Positions 56,503 through 64,000 of a stretch of 64,000 nt of DNA are shown here, piece after piece. A model generated the notes under the pieces. The model did not search any database, had not been told where the DNA came from, and saw only the letters and a list, made by a program, of their open reading frames with translations. Made by a program: the position numbers and the translations under genes. Position 1 is the stretch's first letter. The number at the start of each line of letters is the position of its first letter. This stretch comes from Ministeria vibrans ATCC 50519 (Eukaryota; Protista; Filasterea). Location: the NCBI GenBank assembly GCA_943704425.1, contig CALSCP010002461.1:1-64000 (forward strand), read 5' to 3'.

Positions 56503-57457
56503 ATGAATCGTCGCCCTGACCATCTTCCTCCGCTGACGGGCGCTCGATCAAGTCGTTCGCGGCGCCTTCAGATGTTAGAACAGGACATTCAGGCGGAGGA
56601 GAAGGTGCTGCGTGCTGTCCCTCATAATCAGTCGAAATTGCGTCGCCGGGCAACGACGACGGGGGCACCTCACTCAGTGTCGCTCGCGTCGACTCCCGCA
56701 CCCGCTCCCGTTGCGGCAAACAGACACCATCGGCTTCAAAGGGCCCACTCGCAAGAGTTGCTTGGCTCGTCGGAGACTCTGGTGCGGCGCGACAATTCAA
56801 TGGAATGTGCAAGGAATGGAGCGCATTCCGTCACCGCAAACTCCTTTGGCGAGCGTCTGTCGGCGCTCCAAAGCCGCGTACAGGGCGCACAGGGTGACCA
56901 GTCACGCTTGGCCGGCCTGGAAATGCTGATCAGGAGCGAGGAGAGCGAACTTGTCACACAACTCAAAAAAGAACAAAAGCTTCTTCACCGCCTCGAAATG
57001 ACCTTTTCGTCGGGCCGCTCCTCCAACGAGATGCGACACAGCCCCCGAAGCACCGAGACGACGCCGTTGGAGCCCACAGCAACGTCACGCCAGACGTTAC
57101 AGCTCAAGCGCGCCTTCTCAACCCCCACCTCGAGCTCCTCCTCTCCCTCCTCCTCCTCCTCGCCCGGCTCACCCTTCAGCCCCTCGTCCACCAAGCAGCC
57201 GCCCGCTCGTCGACGTCGACGTGCCAACACCAGCGACATTGCCAGTCCCGCGCCCGACATGCACATGGCGCATGAGCCGGTAATGACGAGCTCACTCGAG
57301 AGTCGCTCCACCAGCATTCCCGAAGTGGACGAGCTAACCGGAGGAAATATTAATGGAACCCAAACACGTGCACCCACCGTCAAGAAGAGCTCGTCTCTCC
57401 TGTCGCTATTCCGTCGACGCTCACGCCGTTCCCCCGAACCCAATCTTCTCCAGCGCC

Positions 57458-57491
<34 letters not shown>

Positions 57492-58116
57492 CGAGGCAAC
57501 TCCTCATGATCAGCATATGGACGTCGACGTGTCTCCCAGCACTAGTGACAACTCCGACGACGGCACCTTTTATCCAGCCCCATTCACGCTCTCAACAGCG
57601 CCCCCACGCCTTCCCCCCGTACCTAACCGTAAACCCACCCGTACCCCTCCTCCCATCACCCTCCCTTTAAATATGGCAACCGCAACGTCCTCGCCAGTTC
57701 CTCCCCCCAAAATAGCCCTCAAGTCAGTCGCATTTACCCTCAATGACGAGTTCCCCGCACACCAGTCCCTCCCGCTCAAAGAGTGTCCCGAATGCGGTCG
57801 TCGCTTTGCTCCTGAGCGACTTGCCCGCCACTCAGTCGCATGTGCAAAGCAGAAGAAACCTCGAAAGCAATTTGACGCGAAAAAGATGCGCTTGCAAGTA
57901 ACAACAGAAAACACAAATCCACAGTTCTATATATATATACTAACTCAATACGTGGTGACATAGGGCACCGAAGCAGAAGCACTGCAAAAGCAACAGAAAG
58001 TACAGAAGACGGTCAAAAGCACCGAGGGGAGTAAGGGAACACACAAGAAACGTGATTGGCGCAAAGCACACGAAGACTTTATTGCGACCATCAGAGCTGC
58101 ACGCAGAGCTCAGTAG
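56503..58116 (+). CDS. ZC2HC1-like C2HC zinc-finger protein
   Basis: CPECGRRFAPERLARHSVAC...RKQFDAKKMRLQ-GTE and WRKAHEDFIATIRAAR; intron 57898-57963. Confidence 0.75.
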
Positions 58117-58208
58117 TATAAGAGAGATAAAAAGAGAGAGATAGGGAAACAAAGTGATAGAGAGAGCTACATCATTAATAATAATATTTATTGCTATTTT
58201 TAATACAC

Positions 58209-59536
58209 TCAATTCGGGCTTGGACCAAAGGCACAGTGGCCCATTGGGTATGAACCGGTGGGGAGTGTGCCGGTGACGTCGAGCGACTGGCGGCGGTAGT
58301 CGTAGGTATAAGCCATGTAGAGGGACGCATCGGCGGCAGTGGATTTCTTGAGGGGTCCCAGGGCCATTGTGAGGCGCATGGTCGACTGGTCGAGTGCAGA
58401 CCATCCGTTGAGCTGCAGCGCGTCGCTGCTGATGGGCCGCGTCTGCATCACCTGCTGGTCGCCCGCCGAGGGGTTCACCATCAGCACGTTGCATTCGCCT
58501 TGGAAGGTGCACCGTGGGCTCACGTACAGATACGACTTCTTGTCGAACGACCAGTCGAGACTGCGCCGATCCACTGTGCTGTTGAGCGCACTACCCAACT
58601 CGATGCGCTGTGTCTCCTTGCCTGTGAGCACTGAATACGACACCAGAGCAAAGGAAGCGGGCGTAGTGGAATCTTTTCTCAGCGTGAAGGTGAACCAGTG
58701 GTTGTCTGGTTGCCACGCACAGCGGGTGGGCAATGGACTCTCGCTATATAACCAAAAACAGACCCTTAAAAGTCGCACTTGTTTCCAACTTCCTCCTACC
58801 TCTCGTCGTGAATGAGGGGCGTCTCGCGTGTGACTTCACCCGTGATAGGATCAACCAGGATGAACGACTTGATCGTCTGCGAGTAGGTCCACACAGGGGC
58901 GGTGGAACTCGACGAGTCAAAGCCCAGACACGTACAGCCATCGTGGTCAACTTCAGGCACAGGCAGCGACGCGTCCTTGCGGTGGATCGCCGCCTCCTTC
59001 ACCGTCGGGTGGTCGAAGGTAGACACGCGCATGATGGCACCGCCAGGGTTGGAGGGAGCGATCTAGATGAGAGAGAGGAAGCGGCGCCAATTGTTGGGTA
59101 TGGGTCTAATGACAAACAGAAACAGCAGCACTGTACCTGCACCATTGCGGAAGACGACGCGTACGCCGAGTAGGAGATCTGCGACGCATAGCTATTTCCC
59201 ATACGGAGTTCGGTGTACGGCTCAAAGCTGCCGTCGGTGCTGTTGAGAGGATAAACTCCACGGAACAAACTGCCGCGAATCGTCTAATATTAAGAAGAGG
59301 AGAGAACGAATGTCATCTGAGGGACAGGGAACGAAGGCGACAGACCGGCGCGTGCAGGTGTGGCGGGTGTTCTGCCTGCACACGGCCGGCGCGCGCAGGT
59401 GTGGGTGCGGGAGGGGTGTTGGAGCAGAATTTCAGCAGAATAGACTTACGTCGAATACTTCGCCATAGAGCACGTCGGCTGCGACTGGGGACGCCACCAG
59501 AGCAATTGCAGCAAGTGTGGCCACAACCGAGTTCAT
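58209..59536 (-). CDS. Secreted protein of unknown function, possibly a beta-propeller (~345 aa)
   Basis: Signal peptide MNSVVATLAAIALVASPVAA; four phase-compatible exons; recurring blade-like turns. Confidence 0.65.
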
Positions 59537-60310
59537 CTCAATTCTCAGGGACTGATAAAGAAATTGAAATGAAACTGTGTGTGTGTGTGTGTGTATAAAA
59601 CTTATCAAAGAAGCAATTCAATAATTAATGGGATTTTGGGTTGGGAAAATCCCGAATAATAAAAATAATTATATTTTTTTTAAAAATATAATAATAATGT
59701 TCATGTTCTCACACTGTTACCTCTCGAGATTTGGTTGAGTTTGCAAGGCTGAAGGTGGTCTGGTGGTCTCACTGGTCTGGTGATTGTCAGACACTCTGGC
59801 TGTTTCTTCGCGTGGTGACTGTATCATAAGTGGGTTGTATTCTTCTTCTTCTTCTTCTTATAAATATTATCATCGTCAGAACATCGTCAAAATGAATTAA
59901 TATGTAAATCGAAGAATATCAAAATGCACCCATTGCAACAGGCAAAGAAGAGCAAGAGCAAGAGGTTAAAGGACAGAGAGTGCCGAGGTGCCGAAGTGCA
60001 GCGGCCAAAGGTGACTTACACTTCACTTACACAGCAATGGTCGCTCCATCGACTTCATCGACTGGCGAAGCACAAAGACAGCGTGGCACTCCCGTGGCAC
60101 CCGACCTCCACCCTACCTACCCCGAACTTCGAGACGACCATGTTTGCTAACGAGATCATGCGTTTTCTTGATCTTGGTCATCTGAGCTACGAGCATAGTA
60201 CTTGATACCGCAAGTGTAGTACGAATACGAAGTCGTCATTAACTTTCTTTATTATTGATGCTACTATAATAATTATTGTGTTAATAAAAGTCGATAATAC
60301 TATGAATTTT

Positions 60311-63300
60311 TCAAATGTCCGACTCGTTCAGTTGCGGTTGTGGTGGACGGATCGGTGCCTTTTTAACGGGTCGCAAAGGGACCACGCGAGTGGTGTCAGC
60401 TACAAAGCCACTGGGCTTGGCTGCAGTCACGAGTGGCTTGGGCTTGGGAGCGGCAGCAGGACGGGCTGGCTTGCCAGCAGTAGGTTTGACGGCCACAGCA
60501 GGTTTTTTCTCGGGAGTTGGCTTGGGCGTCGTCGGTGTGGCCTTGGGTTTGAGAGGGGGCACCGCGGGTTTGCGGGGAGCTGGCTTTCCGACAGATCGAG
60601 CGGGGGGGGCGGCGGGACGCGAGGGAGGCGGCGACTTTGTGGCGGTCGGAGGGAAACAAACAGGCGGGGGTGGAGCCTTCTTCTTGATGGAAGCCGACGG
60701 CGCCGTGACGTGTGCCGGAGCGGTGCGCGGCAAAGGTGGACGATTACTGTTGGTGTCGTTGGAGCCTGCTGCAACGACTGGCGGCCACTTGGAGGCAGTC
60801 GCCTTTGCGGTGGAAGGGGGCGGTGGAGGAGCACGACCGGCACCCGACACGTTGTTGTTGTTGGTGGGTCGAGAGGGAGCGGGTCCTCGTGGAGACGTAA
60901 CCATCGTGGGCGGGGGTGAAACGGCAGTGAGAAGTGAACGGGGTGCGCCAAGCGAGTAAGAAGAGCCTTGGTCGGCCGCAATGAGCGTCGGTTCCATTGA
61001 AATCTGGTAGCAGTCTTCGCCGTTGCGCACGGCCGAGCGGGACAAGCTAGACGACGAGCGAGAGGCGCGTGGGTGTAGACGTTTGACCCAGTTGGGAGTG
61101 CCATTCTTGCGCACATGGAGCACGCCCAGGACAAGAAGCACAACAACAATTAGAGCAATGACAACGCCAGCAGCAATGCCGGCTGCTCCACCACCACTAC
61201 CGCTGTTCTGGGGCGACGTACCTGCAGATGTGTCGACGCTGTATGAGTACGACTGGGTCTGACTCGACGAGAGACGGTACACAGAAACGTAGTAGCGGCC
61301 TGCGACGCCGCCTGCGCTCACATAGGTGTTGCCGGTGCCCTCGGAGGACGCGTCAAAGTTGGTCAGGGTTGCGATGCGGTTGCGAGCCAGCACGAAGACG
61401 ACTTCGTTGGAGCCGGTGTAGGCGAAGGAGACGTTGACAAGCGTTGACGCACCCACATCGGACGCGAGCACGTACTGATGCACAAGTGTCGAGCCCGTCA
61501 GTGAGCTGGAGACGGTCTGCTGAGCAGAGATGAGCGTGGGCCCCGTCTGACATTGCGCACCCGAGTAGCCCACCTGGCAGGCACACGCGGAGCGACAGCA
61601 CGAGCCGGCGGCAAGGGATGCGTCATGGACAAGGGTGCCGCAGCCTGCGGCACATGTGTTGGCAACCGCCTGGCAACGTGTGTTGACGCAATCGTACTCG
61701 CATGTGTTGAGGCCTGCTGCGTCGCACTGGGTGCGCGACGAGCAGGGCACAAGGCCCGCGGGGAACACATCAAACGTCTTCGTGTTGATTGAGGAGGAGG
61801 TGTACGCGGAGCGGAACGCGCGCGCACTCACAGTGTACGCCGTGTCACGAGCCTGCAGCGTAAACGCCGAGTCGGTGTACAGAGTACTGCTTTGCGTCGG
61901 CGTACTCCCGTCGAGGGTGTAGTAGATGTCGGCGAGGGGCGTGGCCGTCTCGAGCGACACGGCGACACTGCCGTCGTGGATACCGCCTGAGGGCGTCATG
62001 GCAACCGGATTGACCACGGGCGTAGAGTTCGTGGGGCCATCAACACACTCGCCAAACATGCACACCTTGTTGCTGCCTGACGAGCCGCATGGCGACCCGT
62101 TCAGGGTAGGCGCGTTGCTGGTCGAGCAAGTGCTACTGCCAATTTCGCCGCACCAGAGATTCTTACACTCAATCTGGTTTGACGGGCAGTTAGGCGTGTG
62201 CTGATAGTTGACGCCCTTCTGTGCAACGCACTGGTCGTCGAGGTCGTAACACTGGCCGGGGAGCGAGCCGCACGGGTACGACGGGATAGTGACGGCAGGG
62301 TTGGTCGGGATGTTGTCGAGGCAGGTGTAGAGCGAGAGACGCGCGTTGATGACGGAGACGGAACAAGATGAGAACTGGTAGGTGTAGTCGGTGGAGCCCG
62401 AGGTAGAGCTCATGACAAAGTTGTTTGCGTTGCACGTGTTGGACGAGCCGTCGTGCGACGATCCAAAGTTGTGGCCCATCTCGTGTGCAACTGTGTCGCC
62501 CACCACGAGACCCGTGTCCTCGTTGATGCTGCACGATGACGGTAACGAGCACATGGATCGCAGAGGCGCATAGCCAATGGTGGGGTCCATCAAGTCCACG
62601 CGCGTGATTAATACCGCATTGTCGTGGCCCACCGACGCCTGCTGCGCCATTTGCCAGTCACAAAAGTTGTCCAGCGTCATGTCTTCATCTGTGACCACCA
62701 CAAATGGATCGGTGGTGCGGTGCGCCGAGAGCTGCTTGAGACCCAGTTCGATGGGCGGATCAAAAGCCGAGTCGGCATAGCGTGCATTGGCGATGGCCAG
62801 TGCAAACGTTGCGTACTTGTCGGCATCCGCGGCCACCTGGTGGTAAGTGTTGAAGGCAACGTCGGTCACAAGCAACACTTCGACAAGCTTGGGCGTGCCC
62901 GCACGCCGTCTGTCGCCCATATGCTGCTGCTGCTGCTGTTCAATGCCAAGGTTCAAGCCATATTCAAGTGACATGCGAGTAGAAGTGGTCGCCGTGCGAC
63001 TGCTGCTGCTGCTGCTGCTGCTGCTTTCGGCAAGAGCGCAGGCACGACGTTTGGACGGACTCGAGTCGGTCGCGTCAGCATACGGCCTGTAGACGACATG
63101 CTGCGACGCGATGGCGTGCTGTGGATCAAGACGGGCCTTGATGTCGGCCACGTGAGCGCGGTGCTTCAGGTACATGCGCGCCGGCTCGATATGATGGGTG
63201 GAGCCATTGAGAGTGAGGACGCCAAGGATCTCGCCGTTACAGGTCGCCACCACCGCCGCATTTGGCTTGTGTGGGTCCTGCCCGCGCACCCTGCCCGAAT

Positions 63301-63708
63301 AGTAGCAGTGTGCAAACGGCTCGGTGCTCTCAGTCTGCGTTTTGAATCGGCAACAGAGCGACAAGATTCACTTTTTAGTTCTCACTAGATTCTTTTTTTT
63401 TTTTCCTTTTTTTTTCCAACCTTGTTTCCGGACACAAGACGGAATTCGGGGGCAATAAGGGAACGGTGGAGTGCCAGATCAACTGTAACACTGCTTTGCG
63501 CCATGTCCGCCAGCGGCAGGCGCAAGGAGAGTCGCGTGGGGTGGAGCGGAGTGCCTGTTTGACGACGAGACCGCAAAACCGCCGGCACGTCGATGGGGGT
63601 GACGACGTAGCGGCGGACGTGCGCCAGAGGTGTCGTGTACCCGTCCGTGTCGACGCGCGCCGCAACGGCCGCCGTCAAAATAGCGGCGAAGATCACGGAC
63701 AATGGCAT
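60311..63708 (-). CDS. Membrane-anchored M12B (ADAMTS/ADAM-like) metalloprotease
   Basis: Signal peptide, prodomain, RRR cleavage-like site, CSINEDTGL..AHEMGHNFGSSHD, Met-turn FVMS, ADAMTS-type Cys-rich module, Fn3-associated/CHB_HEX-like module, EGF-like segment, TM, Pro-rich tail; intron ~63335-63420. Confidence 0.85.
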
Positions 63709-63789
63709 AAATAAAACTAATAATGAGTAAACTGCATATTCAACTATTCAAGTTTGTTTTAAACTTTTAATAAGATTAATATTTTTAAC

Positions 63790-63958
63790 AGAAATAATAA
63801 TGATAATAATAATTAATAATAATAATAATAATAATATGATTATTATTATTATTATTATTATCATTATTATTATGATTATTGTTATTATGATTATTATTAT
63901 TATTAATAATTATTATTATTATTATTAAAAATACGTCATTATGATTATTATTATTATG

Positions 63959-63999
<41 letters not shown>

Positions 64000-64000
64000 G
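63790..64000. repeat. (TAA)n/(ATT)n low-complexity tract
   Basis: Directly visible. Confidence 0.9.

Noticed and set aside
59924-60205. 93-aa plus-strand ORF between the orphan gene and the protease
   Set aside because: No motif or splice support; may be 3' UTR of the protease; cannot be supported

Overview
Gene-dense, intron-rich eukaryotic DNA with short, mostly GT-AG introns full of (CT)n/(ATT)n microsatellites and three assembly gaps. The gene content (Fes/Fer-type F-BAR-SH2 tyrosine kinase, ADAMTS-like protease, STARD3, OSTF1, TALE homeobox, BBS5) points to a flagellated unicellular holozoan; this is inference, not an identification. About 23 protein-coding genes were reconstructed by hand: a partial secreted protein, STARD3, NUBP2, a cAMP-receptor-like GPCR, DRAP1, UBE2H, mitochondrial-type LysRS, TALE homeobox, Fes/Fer, Golgi alpha-mannosidase II, GH27 alpha-galactosidase, an E2-YbaK fusion, a CYP4-clan P450, BBS5, FARSB, OSTF1, a clan GH-D-like hydrolase, a USP9/24/34-family DUB, GH28, PPIL4, ZC2HC1-like, an unknown secreted propeller-like protein and a membrane-anchored ADAMTS-like protease. 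Three observations stand out. (1) A Ubc12/UBE2M-like E2 is fused in frame to a YbaK/ProXp tRNA-editing-like domain. (2) FARSB exon 1 lies 16 kb from exon 2 with three other genes in between, which is either a giant intron with nested genes or a misassembly. (3) A TSP1-less, membrane-anchored ADAMTS-like protease carries bacterial-type accessory modules. No rRNA, tRNA, CRISPR array or autonomous mobile element was seen. Family calls rest on motif recognition only; no searches were run.
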